Below are positions 22,802 through 32,681 of a stretch of DNA of 64,000 nt, piece by piece. The DNA comes from Clostridium sp. (GTDB lineage Bacteria; Bacillota_I; Bacilli_A; RF39; UBA660), in NCBI GenBank assembly GCA_023665725.1, contig JAMPDH010000006.1, positions 71 through 64,070 of the forward strand. Direction: 5' to 3'. How positions within the stretch are numbered: position 1 is the first letter of the stretch; the number at the start of each line of letters is the position of its first letter. Both the position numbers and the translations under genes were made by a program. The notes under the pieces are model-generated. The model ran no database searches and was not told the origin of the DNA. It was given only the letters and a program-made list of their open reading frames with translations.

Positions 22802-24637
22802 TTAATTAATTGATTTTCCATTTACGTATATTTTATATCCATTAAAATAAATATTACTATAACTGGAATCAGCATTATCTAAACTAGTAACATAACAATC
22901 TCCAGTTAACTTTATTTTTGATGATTCATCTAAAGTTAATTTTATTTCCTTAGCACTATTATCTCCATTAATAGTCCCTTCATAATAAGAATTTTTTTCC
23001 ATAGTCATATCAAGAGTTGAAATGGAATCAATAACAATATTACCTGTTACTTCTTGATTCGATATAAGAAGAGTTACATTTCCACCATTTGATCCACTAT
23101 TTCCCCAAGAATCTTTTTGTACCCTTAAAAAGTTTCCTGTTTTATCATTATTAATGATTTTATTATTGTTTAAAGTTATTTTTGAACTTGTATTAGTTAC
23201 ATAAAATGTATCGCCTTTGTTAGTAGTAATAATTGAATTTTTAGAACTAAATTCTGAAATACCAACAGATGCATCACCACTCATTGATTGATATAAAAAA
23301 ATATTTTTATATGTTGTAGATAGTCCATTTAATTTATTATTTGTATCTGTTAAGGTAACATTTTCTAAAGTTACTTTATTTTTACCTTCAATAACTATTC
23401 CTTCAGATGCAGTTGCTGTTAAATCAGCATTTTTTACAGTTATATCTGCTGTTGAATATACAGTAGGAGATCCAGCTCCTATTGTTTTATACGTTCCACC
23501 ATCAACTACTACAGTTCCTCCACCACGATCTGTTCTAATAGCTGCTGATGAAATTCCAAATGTAGTAATATCTAAATTACTAGCATTCATAATTCCTCCA
23601 CCTGTTGTCATAATTCCGCCAGAGTTATCTTTTGTTGTTGTTATTTTAGAATCACTTATATTTATTGCTGTGCCATCATTATTTGAATTATTAGTAGTAG
23701 CAGATCCCCCATAACTAAAAACACCATTTGCTCCGGTTGCATTTGTTGAAACATTAATATTTTTTAATGTTAAAGTAGCTCCATCTTTAGCAATTATTCC
23801 AGAATTAGTACCATAAAAACTTGTATTATCACCACCATCAGAATCTCCAGTCTTACTGACTGTAATATCGCTTAAAGTTACATCAATATCTCCACTTACT
23901 AATATTGCATTTTCATCAGTTGCACTGCTAGTATATTCTCCACTTAAAACAGTTGTTGATTCTTTTATTTCATTTTTACTAGAATAGGTAATATTTGATG
24001 AATTTCCATTGTTTTGTTGATTATTATTCTCATTATTATTTGATAAATTACTTCTAATTGTGCTAGCACCAAAAGTAAATCCTGTAGTTAATATGATTAC
24101 AGTTAATAAATAAATTATTTTTTTATCATTTGATATAAATGTTTCTTTCAAATTTTTCTTATTAAATCCTGACATTATAAGGTATCCTAATATGCAAGAT
24201 AAAATTAAACTTTCAATTCCAAATAGAATAATGTAAATACAAGAATTATCATTACTTATTCCATTATTCATATTATTTGGCATATTTCCATCTGGTTTTT
24301 CAGGTGGTATTCCTCCATTACTTCCATTTGGAATTTCTGGAGGTGTATTTGCATTATTATTTTCATTAGGATTCATAGAATTTCCATTTTGTTTATCAAG
24401 ACTCTCATTATTTTGATTAGGTACCTCTTTTTTATTTTCATTATTTTGCACATTCCAATTTTGCATATCAGGCGGTGTTACAATTGAATTACTTTGATTC
24501 ATTGACTGCATTCCATTTTGAAAATTAGGATCATTTATTGTTATAAATTTTTTTTCATTATATATTGTAAATGCAATAACGCCAACCATTAACAATGAAA
24601 TTATAATCATAATAATATTTTTAGTTTTTCTTTTCAT
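22802..24637 (-). CDS. membrane-anchored surface protein with N/Q/P-rich low-complexity region and parallel beta-helix-like repeats
   Basis: 611 aa; N-terminal TM, NQP-rich spacer, second hydrophobic segment, then G/T/S/N-rich repeats typical of pectate-lyase-fold adhesins. Confidence 0.5.
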   Translation of the reverse strand: MKRKTKNIIMIIISLLMVGVIAFTIYNEKKFITINDPNFQNGMQSMNQSNSIVTPPDMQNWNVQNNENKKEVPNQNNESLDKQNGNSMNPNENNNANTPPEIPNGSNGGIPPEKPDGNMPNNMNNGISNDNSCIYIILFGIESLILSCILGYLIMSGFNKKNLKETFISNDKKIIYLLTVIILTTGFTFGASTIRSNLSNNNENNNQQNNGNSSNITYSSKNEIKESTTVLSGEYTSSATDENAILVSGDIDVTLSDITVSKTGDSDGGDNTSFYGTNSGIIAKDGATLTLKNINVSTNATGANGVFSYGGSATTNNSNNDGTAINISDSKITTTKDNSGGIMTTGGGIMNASNLDITTFGISSAAIRTDRGGGTVVVDGGTYKTIGAGSPTVYSTADITVKNADLTATASEGIVIEGKNKVTLENVTLTDTNNKLNGLSTTYKNIFLYQSMSGDASVGISEFSSKNSIITTNKGDTFYVTNTSSKITLNNNKIINNDKTGNFLRVQKDSWGNSGSNGGNVTLLISNQEVTGNIVIDSISTLDMTMEKNSYYEGTINGDNSAKEIKLTLDESSKIKLTGDCYVTSLDNADSSYSNIYFNGYKIYVNGKSIN

Positions 24638-24691
24638 TTTCCCTCCAAAAAATTTATCAAACTAAATATAATCAAATCTTAATTGTATTTA

Positions 24692-25924
24692 TTAGTTTTC
24701 TAAATTAATTTTTATTTCTTTTTCCTTATATTCTCTACTATTGATATATAAAATTTTTAATATGACAGAATTACCAGATCTCTTTTCATATAGAACATCA
24801 CTTATATCATTTATAGAATTAATTTTATTCCCATCAATTTCAATTATGATATTTCCAATTTCTAATTCTGACTTATCAGCATTACTGCCACTAACTATTT
24901 TTGATATATAAAACCCACTAGGTAAATTATATCCATTCATATAACCGCTATTAGTCATATAACCTTCGATTCCAAGAGTCATACCATTAGTATCAGATTC
25001 GCCAGACATTAAATTATTAATTAAATCTTCTACATCACTAATTGGAATAGCAAATCCCATTCCTTCTATACTTGCTGATGACAAAGATGAATTTGAAGAA
25101 TATTTAGCAGAGTTAATGCCAACAACTTCACCTTTACTATTTAATAATGCTCCACCAGAATTGCCACCATTAATTGCAGCATCTATTTGAATCATTTTAT
25201 TGTTATAAGTATCTCCTGATACTGTCCTATTTAGTGCACTAATAACACCTGTTGTAACTGATTGACCATAACCTAAAGCATTTCCAATAGCAATTATGCC
25301 ATTTCCTACCTTTAAATCATCACTATTCCCTATAGTTGCAATTTTTATTAATTTAGAAGTTTCATCATCAATGTCTTTAACTTTTACTGAAATAACCGCC
25401 ACATCTTTCCTTTCAGATGTCCCTTTTATAGTAGCATCAACTGTTTTATTATTTATAAATTGGACGGATAGTTCACTTGTTCCATCAACAACATGATTAT
25501 TTGTAAGTATTAATATTTCTTCATCTGTTTGACTAATGATAATTCCAGAACCAGCTCCTTCACTATATTGTTCTTGCCCATATCCATAATAATTAGGCCC
25601 AAATCTTCCTAATTGGATTAAGGTTTTTGAAGTAATGGACACAATTGATGGCATTGTATTTTCAACTACTTCTGATACATCAGTTATATAAATTCCCTCT
25701 TGAATTTTTGTATTAACTTCCGTATGATTAAGTTCTACTTTTGGAGTAGTGGAATTATTATTATTAATATTAAAGGTTATTATATTATTTTTAAATAGAT
25801 AAATTAAAAATAATACAACAATTATTAAAATTATTACTAGTATAATGCAAATAATTTTTTTGTAATTATACCTTTTAATATTTTCTTTTTTCTTTTCATT
25901 AAATAAATCTTTATTGTCATTCAT
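24692..25924 (-). CDS. htrA: HtrA/DegP-family trypsin-like serine protease with PDZ domain
   Basis: N-terminal TM; S1C motifs (LTNNHVV, DAAINGGNSGGALLNSKGEVVGINSA); C-terminal PDZ. Confidence 0.85.
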   Translation of the reverse strand: MNDNKDLFNEKKKENIKRYNYKKIICIILVIILIIVVLFLIYLFKNNIITFNINNNNSTTPKVELNHTEVNTKIQEGIYITDVSEVVENTMPSIVSITSKTLIQLGRFGPNYYGYGQEQYSEGAGSGIIISQTDEEILILTNNHVVDGTSELSVQFINNKTVDATIKGTSERKDVAVISVKVKDIDDETSKLIKIATIGNSDDLKVGNGIIAIGNALGYGQSVTTGVISALNRTVSGDTYNNKMIQIDAAINGGNSGGALLNSKGEVVGINSAKYSSNSSLSSASIEGMGFAIPISDVEDLINNLMSGESDTNGMTLGIEGYMTNSGYMNGYNLPSGFYISKIVSGSNADKSELEIGNIIIEIDGNKINSINDISDVLYEKRSGNSVILKILYINSREYKEKEIKINLEN

Positions 25925-25936
25925 ATTGTTACCTCA

Positions 25937-26617
25937 TTAATTATTTTTTAATTTGGATTTCTTTAATTCATATACTATATCTGCTTGATTGCATACATTT
26001 TCAGAGTGAGTTACTATAATAATACATTTATTTTCATTTTTTGCTAAATCTGTTAATATTTTAAGAATCTCATTTTCTGTTTCTTTATCTAAATTTCCAG
26101 TTGGTTCATCTGCTAAAATCATTCTTGGATTATATGATAAACTTCTTGCAATTGCTACCCTTTGTTGCTCTCCTCCAGATAATTTTAAGACCCTTCTATC
26201 TTTTTGATTTTCTTTTAAACCAACACTTTTCATAAGTTCTATTACTTTTTCTTCTTTATTAGAAATTTTTAAATTACTAACATTCATGGATAAAATAATA
26301 TTTTCTGCAGCTGTCAAATGAGGTAATAAATTATAACTTTGAAATACTATTCCAATATACTTACTTCTATAATTATCTAAATCGGTTTTTCTTAACTCCT
26401 TTCCATTAAAATTAATTGATCCTTCATAATCTTTTTCAAGACCACTAATAAGGGATAATAGAGTTGTTTTTCCACTACCACTCTTTCCTTTAATAGCATA
26501 CACTTTTCCTGCTTCAAATTCAAAATTTAGATTTTTTAAAACATAATCATCTTTTTCTGCATCATTGTATCTATAAGATACATTCTCTATCTTTAAAATC
26601 ACTTCATTTCTACTCAT
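25937..26617 (-). CDS. ABC transporter ATP-binding protein (MacB/FtsE-like)
   Basis: Walker A GKSGSGKTTL, signature LSGGEQQRVAIARSL, Walker B ILADEPTGNLD. Confidence 0.85.
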   Translation of the reverse strand: MSRNEVILKIENVSYRYNDAEKDDYVLKNLNFEFEAGKVYAIKGKSGSGKTTLLSLISGLEKDYEGSINFNGKELRKTDLDNYRSKYIGIVFQSYNLLPHLTAAENIILSMNVSNLKISNKEEKVIELMKSVGLKENQKDRRVLKLSGGEQQRVAIARSLSYNPRMILADEPTGNLDKETENEILKILTDLAKNENKCIIIVTHSENVCNQADIVYELKKSKLKNN

Positions 26618-28128
26618 TATGATCTCTCCTTTAATATTGTAAGTGGTGAAAATTTTTGAATACTTGTAATTGCAGTTACTGAACTTATTAATGTAATTAA
26701 AAGTCCTATTCCTAATAATTCAATTAACACTTTGAAATCCACTACAGCATCAATACTATTAAATGCTTGGATAGTAGCAACACCCTTAAATCTATTATTT
26801 AAAAAATCATTATTTGGTTTTTGCATATCAATATTTGAAGAATCACCATTCTGTCCTTTACCAAAATTATCTCTAATATTATTTGCTTCATTTTGACTAG
26901 ATGAAATTTCATTTTGTAATAAATTATTAGATATTGGGACAGACATTGTAGCGCCAATCCCTGCACCCAAAATAAGTGATATAAAAGCAACAATAAATAA
27001 TTCACTTATGAATTGTAAACATACTTTAGATTTCTTCATTCCGATTGTTCTTAATACTCCAATTTCATATTTTCTTTCTCTAATATTTATCATATTAATA
27101 ACAAGTAATACTACTGTTCCTATAATAAGAGTAATAATTAAGAATGTAATTGCAAATGTCTTAACATTTGAAATTGTACTAGTAGCATTTTTTACTTGAT
27201 CTAAATTAGTTTCAATAGTTAAATTTTCATTTAATCCTTTTTCAGTTAATTCTTCATTAAAGGTTTCTACTACATCACTACTTGTTAATACAAATGTCGG
27301 AGTTATTGAAACATTCAAGTCTTCATTGTTTTCTTTCATTTTACTAATAAAATTAGTATTTGTAATTATAGTATTTACAGAATCTGTAAACATACTCATA
27401 CCATTATCATTATCCATTTTTTCTTCATAAATACCACTAACTATTAATTCATAAGTTTTAGAATCATCATCACTGTCAACTATTTTTATTGTATCTCCTA
27501 CTTTTATTTCATTTAAAGTAGCAAGTTCACTATTAATAAGGCAATAATTGCTATCAAAATCATCACTTACTTCCCCATCAGTTATACTATAACTTCCCTC
27601 AATAAACTCATTCATTGATTGGGTAGAAGAATAACCTTTTAAAGTAAAATCACCACTTGATTCATTTTTAAAATTTTCTTTTCCATTTGGACCTCTTCCG
27701 TCAGGCATATTTGATGAGGAGATAGATGCCTTTTCTAAAGTATCTGAATTAACACCTGTTTGCATAGTATAATAATAACTTTTAACATAATCACTATCTG
27801 CAAAATTTTTAATATCTTCTTCTGTAAGTGTACTTGCTGAATCAAACATTTCTTTCATATTATCTTTTGAATTTTCTCTATCCTCTGGATTAAAATTTTG
27901 CATCATATTTTCACGATTCATCCCAATAGTTGCCTCAACTTCATATTTTGATTCATAGGATTTTATTAAACTATCAGAAGAATTGTTGATTGCTAATGTC
28001 ACTGACACAGAACATGATATGACAAGTATTATTATACCTATTAATAAATTTCTTCCCTTATTTCTTACTATAGATGTTAAAGCATTTTTTAAAATATACA
28101 TATTTTTTCCTCCTTTGTACATTATCAT
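26617..28128 (-). CDS. ABC transporter permease, FtsX/MacB family
   Basis: 503 aa; N-terminal TM, large extracytoplasmic domain, C-terminal FtsX-type 3-TM bundle. Confidence 0.7.
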   Translation of the reverse strand: MIMYKGGKNMYILKNALTSIVRNKGRNLLIGIIILVISCSVSVTLAINNSSDSLIKSYESKYEVEATIGMNRENMMQNFNPEDRENSKDNMKEMFDSASTLTEEDIKNFADSDYVKSYYYTMQTGVNSDTLEKASISSSNMPDGRGPNGKENFKNESSGDFTLKGYSSTQSMNEFIEGSYSITDGEVSDDFDSNYCLINSELATLNEIKVGDTIKIVDSDDDSKTYELIVSGIYEEKMDNDNGMSMFTDSVNTIITNTNFISKMKENNEDLNVSITPTFVLTSSDVVETFNEELTEKGLNENLTIETNLDQVKNATSTISNVKTFAITFLIITLIIGTVVLLVINMINIRERKYEIGVLRTIGMKKSKVCLQFISELFIVAFISLILGAGIGATMSVPISNNLLQNEISSSQNEANNIRDNFGKGQNGDSSNIDMQKPNNDFLNNRFKGVATIQAFNSIDAVVDFKVLIELLGIGLLITLISSVTAITSIQKFSPLTILKERS

Positions 28129-28183
28129 TTTATTAGAGAAAGATTAAATAAACATTAAAGATAAATAAAAAGTATAACTTTTT

Positions 28184-29383
28184 CTAGTTATACTTGAATT
28201 CTATCGTAAATGTTGTATATCCATTTTTGCAATTTACAAATATATTACCATTATGCTTATTTACTATATTTTTGGCAATTGCAAGTCCTAATCCATATCT
28301 ATTAGAATTTCTATTTCTTGATTTATCTATGCGATAGAACCTATCAAATATCTTTTGTTGTTCCTCTTTTGGGATTGAATCGCCTCTATTTTTAACCGAT
28401 AAATTAATTAGTTCTTTATTTTTAGATAAATTTACTTCAATTTTTGATTTTTTATATCCATGTTTAATTGCATTATCTATTAATATACTTAATAATTCCT
28501 TTATCCCATCTTGATTACATTTAAACATAATATCCTTTTCAATATTTAAATTTAATTCTAAATTAGACTCAAACATTAAACTTTCAAATGATAAAGCTTT
28601 ATTTTTAATTAATTTTGATAAGTTAACTTCACTGTAAATTTCTTTTTGTTCCATACTATCTGATTTCGATAAGTTTAATAAATCTATAATCAATTTATTC
28701 ATTCTCTCTGATTCACTTTTAATATTATCTAGCCATCTCTTTTCATTTGGATTATCTTCCAGTGCTTCTGCACTTGCCATAATAATTGATATTGGTGTTT
28801 TAAGTTCATGTGAGGCATCAGATATAAATTGTCTTTGTTTATCAAATGATTCTTCCACAGGTCTTGTTAACCATTTAGTAAGTATATTAGAAATATATAC
28901 AATAACAAGCTCTAATATTATAAATATTATAAATGTTTTATATAAATTTGATATTAAATACTCCATTGTATTTGTATTATTAACAATAATTAAATCATTA
29001 TTTGGATTTAATGAAAAGATATACTTATTAAAATATAAATTATCAAGTTTTCCTATTTTAGATTTGCTTTTGTTTTTGTTGGCTAAATTTATTATTTCTT
29101 GCTCAGTAAGTCCCGCATTACTATAATTATTAATATTTACTATATTGCCTTTTATATCAAAAGAAACTACATATACTTCCATATCCATAAACATTGGATT
29201 ACTTAAATCATTTCTACTAGGATTAAACTTTTCATGGGTATTTGTAACCCTCATTAATTTATCTTCTAACTCTTTATATTCTTTATTATAAATACTTACA
29301 TTAAATATTATTAAAATACTAATCAGGAATATCGTTAATATAGAAATTAAAAGTATAAATGTTTTATTAGTCAGCTTTTTCAT
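28184..29383 (-). CDS. sensor histidine kinase (two TM, periplasmic loop, HisKA/HATPase)
   Basis: H-box SHELKTPISII; G-boxes GLGLAIAKNIV. Confidence 0.85.
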   Translation of the reverse strand: MKKLTNKTFILLISILTIFLISILIIFNVSIYNKEYKELEDKLMRVTNTHEKFNPSRNDLSNPMFMDMEVYVVSFDIKGNIVNINNYSNAGLTEQEIINLANKNKSKSKIGKLDNLYFNKYIFSLNPNNDLIIVNNTNTMEYLISNLYKTFIIFIILELVIVYISNILTKWLTRPVEESFDKQRQFISDASHELKTPISIIMASAEALEDNPNEKRWLDNIKSESERMNKLIIDLLNLSKSDSMEQKEIYSEVNLSKLIKNKALSFESLMFESNLELNLNIEKDIMFKCNQDGIKELLSILIDNAIKHGYKKSKIEVNLSKNKELINLSVKNRGDSIPKEEQQKIFDRFYRIDKSRNRNSNRYGLGLAIAKNIVNKHNGNIFVNCKNGYTTFTIEFKYN

Positions 29384-30062
29384 TATACACCTCTAATTTA
29401 TATCCAAGTCCTCTAACTGCTTTAATTCCCACCCTAGATCCTATTGCTTTTAATTTTTTCCTAATAAATGAAATATATGCTTCTAAATTGTTTGATATAG
29501 TATCATTATTTATACCCCATACATTATCATATAAAAAATCTTTTGATACAACTTGATTAGAATTTTTTATTAAACATTCTAGTATTGATAGTTCTTTACA
29601 GACAACTTCAATCTCTTCTTCCGTTTTTACACAAATAAGTAATGTCTTTTTTAAATCTAGTTTTATATCTTCAAATGATAAAATATTTACACTTTTATCA
29701 ATACTATTTTTCCTTAATCTAGCATTTACTCTAGCAACTAATTCTTCCATATGAAAAGGTTTAGTAAGATAGTCATCCGCTCCACCATCAAAACCCTCTA
29801 ACTTATCATCTAATGATGCCTTTGCTGTTAACATAATTACATTTGAATTTATATTATTTTTTTTAAGTTCTTTAAGAATTTCAAATCCATCTTTTTTAGG
29901 TAACATTACATCTAATATTATTAAATCATATATATTTTGTAAAGCATTATATAACCCATCTTCTCCATCTAAAGAAATATCTATAGAATAATTTTCTTTT
30001 TTTAATCTAGATTGTATAAGATCAGCTAATTTGTATTCATCTTCGACTACTAAGATTCGCAT
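29367..30062 (-). CDS. OmpR-family response regulator
   Basis: Receiver domain (MRILVVEDE, D in LDVMLP) plus winged-helix output; overlaps the HK start. Confidence 0.88.
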   Translation of the reverse strand: MRILVVEDEYKLADLIQSRLKKENYSIDISLDGEDGLYNALQNIYDLIILDVMLPKKDGFEILKELKKNNINSNVIMLTAKASLDDKLEGFDGGADDYLTKPFHMEELVARVNARLRKNSIDKSVNILSFEDIKLDLKKTLLICVKTEEEIEVVCKELSILECLIKNSNQVVSKDFLYDNVWGINNDTISNNLEAYISFIRKKLKAIGSRVGIKAVRGLGYKLEVYNEKAD

Positions 30063-30328
30063 ATAGTATCACCTCCTAATAAAAATTATAATTTTCAAAC
30101 ATTAAACAAACATTAAAAAGCTAATAATATTATATCATCAAAAAAGTAACCTCACTATATTGTTATTAGAATTTGTTTTATAATTTATATTCAATATTTT
30201 CATCTTTTGTTGTTATTAAATGGATGTTTATTAATAGTATAGAGATATAATATATCGTATATAAAAATAAATTTCATATAATTTAATATAAATATTTATT
30301 TTTTTAATATAGAAAAGAGGAAGTCCAA

Positions 30329-30685
30329 ATGTTACCAAATATTCCTCCAAAATTATTTTCATTATCGGCAGTTGTTGTAGGATATATATTAATAGATGAT
30401 ATGACAGCCAATGAACAAAATGCAATTGGAAATTGGTTAATGCTTGTTGCCCAGGTATTGTCAACAAATGCTTTTTATAGAGCTGTAATGCAAGAGAGAG
30501 GATTAGAGCCAGTTGGTTCAACTGAAACTGGTAGGAACAATTCAGATACTTTTGCTCAAGGAAAGTATAATCAAAGTTCAGGAAATATTAATACAGAACA
30601 GGATAGAGATCAAACAATTGCTATGCTTGAAAAAATGATAAGAGCTATGCAAATGGAAATTAATGAAATTAAGAATAATTTATAA
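30329..30685 (+). CDS. hypothetical protein
   Basis: 118 aa with GAGGA RBS; no recognised domain. Confidence 0.4.
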   Translation: MLPNIPPKLFSLSAVVVGYILIDDMTANEQNAIGNWLMLVAQVLSTNAFYRAVMQERGLEPVGSTETGRNNSDTFAQGKYNQSSGNINTEQDRDQTIAMLEKMIRAMQMEINEIKNNL

Positions 30686-30707
30686 TTTATCTGTAGATCT
30701 AAATAAA

Positions 30708-30750
30708 TAATAAAGGTCTCATTTTCATCATAATGAAAGTGGGACCTTTA
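30708..30750. terminator. bidirectional hairpin terminator between convergent genes
   Basis: AAAGGTCTCATTTTCAT...ATGAAAGTGGGACCTTT inverted repeat flanked by A/T runs. Confidence 0.5.
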
Positions 30751-30767
30751 TTTATTAGTAAGTAAAA

Positions 30768-31229
30768 TTATCTGTTTCTTTTTAATATTTTTTCCACAGC
30801 TAAAGTTTGACCATCTTTTACACAATCTTCTATATACGTTTTTTGCATTTCATAAAATTCTTTTTGTTCAAATAAATTTTTAGGAAAAATAACTTTATGT
30901 GATGTTTCGAATTGTTCTCTTTCATTAATAAATATTTCTATTAAATCTTCTGTTTCTAAATCCATATATTTACTATAATCGGCATTTTTATAGTTTCTGG
31001 ATACTTTGTAATCCCTCGGTCCATGTTCAACATCAGCCTCGTAGGAATACTTATATGTTCCTAAGTAAACATATATGTTATTGCTTTCACTTATTAAATA
31101 TTTATGTTTTAAGAATGTTCTATAAAGTATTTCTTGATTATTTAATGTTTGATTATTAGAATTCGATTGTATTTTTTTCTTTTCAATGGTATATTCCTCA
31201 ATAATTTTTTTTAGAATATCATTTTGCAT
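30768..31229 (-). CDS. hypothetical protein
   Basis: 153 aa ORF. Confidence 0.4.
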   Translation of the reverse strand: MQNDILKKIIEEYTIEKKKIQSNSNNQTLNNQEILYRTFLKHKYLISESNNIYVYLGTYKYSYEADVEHGPRDYKVSRNYKNADYSKYMDLETEDLIEIFINEREQFETSHKVIFPKNLFEQKEFYEMQKTYIEDCVKDGQTLAVEKILKRNR

Positions 31230-31366
31230 AATAATCTCCTTAAAATCTATATATTTTTATATAATTAAAATAGTCTTTAACCTATTTTTTCACTTTTATA
31301 AATCGTTTCGTGCTATAAAAATTCTAGCAATTTTTCTTAATTTAAGCAATAGAATTATATCAACCT

Positions 31367-31903
31367 TTATTCATCAGTTTCATAATAATAAGATGCTTCT
31401 ATTCCCTTAAAAAACCTTTCTAAGCTAAAATCATCAGTTAAATTATTTTCAATTAAAGTTTTAATTTCTAGCGTATTAATTAGACTTCTTTCCATAGCTT
31501 GTAAATAAAGTTTTTTATCTATATTTTTCCAATCAACAATCTTATTTAAATTTTTCTTTAATATTAAATCTAGCCATATTCTAGTACTACGACCATTACC
31601 TTCTAAAAAAGGATGTGCAATATTCATTTCTACATATTTATCTATAATTTCATTTAAAGTCGATTCTTTCATAGTCTCTATTTTTTTAACATATCTTCTA
31701 AATACAAAGAATTCCCAAATTTAAAATTTCCTTTTGAAATACTTTCTTTACTAATTATACCTGCAAAATCATATAGTCCATCAAATAAATATTTATGAAT
31801 TTGTTGTAATCCCTTTGTAGTTCCTATTTCAATATTATCTATATTATTGCTACCAAAAAGTTTTTTTGCGCTTTCTAAACTTTTTTATCAATTTCATTCA
31901 TCG
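31367..31903 (-). pseudogene. Fic/DOC family (canonical AMPylator-type) gene disrupted by an in-frame stop and frameshifts
   Basis: C-terminal piece (31367..31672) carries a canonical [12 protein letters not shown] Fic motif. Upstream, in other frames, are MNEIDKK then [70 protein letters not shown] at ~31678-80 and a 2-nt frame offset interrupt the gene. Confidence 0.7.
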
Positions 31904-32192
31904 AGATTACCCATATAATTTTATATTAAGAAGTCCAAATTTTCATTTGGACTTTATTTGCATTTGGCAGGGGTATCAAGACTTGAACTCGAAAGAACAG
32001 TTTTGGAGACTGTCATGTTACCAATTACATCATACCCCTATAAATACTTTCTACAATAATCAATTGAAGAAATCTGCTTTATTATACCACAATAGCTATA
32101 ATTTAATCAATAGCTTAGTATGCATATTTAAAATTAAACTAAATATTTATTAGTAAGTTTCAAAGTTTTAAAAATTACATACTATACTATAG

Positions 32193-32630
32193 GTGAAGAT
32201 TATGTCTATTATAAAACATAATACAAAAGAAAAAGAATTATTAGCTCGTTTAATGAGAGCAGAAGCTCTTGGTGAAGGTGATTTAGGAATGCTTATGGTA
32301 GGTGATGTTATAGTAAATAGAGCACTAGCAGATTGTTTAACATTTAAAAATATAAATACAATTAGTGATGTAGTTTATCAAAATCCAGGTGGTTTTTCTG
32401 GTATAAATAGTCCACTTTTTTTTAGCAATCCAACTACTAAAGAATTAGATCTTGCTGAAAGAATATTAAGAGGAGAATACTATTATCCTGCAACTAACGC
32501 ATTATGGTTTTATGCACCAAGTGGTAATGCAGCATGCCAAAATTATTGGTGGGATCAAAGGAATGCAGGTAGGTATAAAAGTCACTGTTTCTATGAACCT
32601 GAAAAAGGAGTATGTTCCCAAATACATTAA
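32193..32630 (+). CDS. SleB/CwlJ-family cell wall hydrolase (Hydrolase_2 domain)
   Basis: LARLMRAEALGEGDLGMLMVGDVIVNRA signature of spore cortex-lytic SleB-domain enzymes; GAAGATTATG RBS. Confidence 0.75.
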   Translation: MKIMSIIKHNTKEKELLARLMRAEALGEGDLGMLMVGDVIVNRALADCLTFKNINTISDVVYQNPGGFSGINSPLFFSNPTTKELDLAERILRGEYYYPATNALWFYAPSGNAACQNYWWDQRNAGRYKSHCFYEPEKGVCSQIH

Positions 32631-32681
32631 TAAGCATAATTCTTTTTTTTTACAAAAATATAAGGTGGAAAGTATACCGCC

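Noticed and set aside
26799-27199. ORFs 26799..27005 (-) and 27008..27199 (+)
   Set aside because: Nested within or antisense to the FtsX permease gene.
31866-32153. 95 aa plus-strand ORF
   Set aside because: Antisense to the Fic pseudogene 5' region and the AT-rich intergenic; no RBS or homology.
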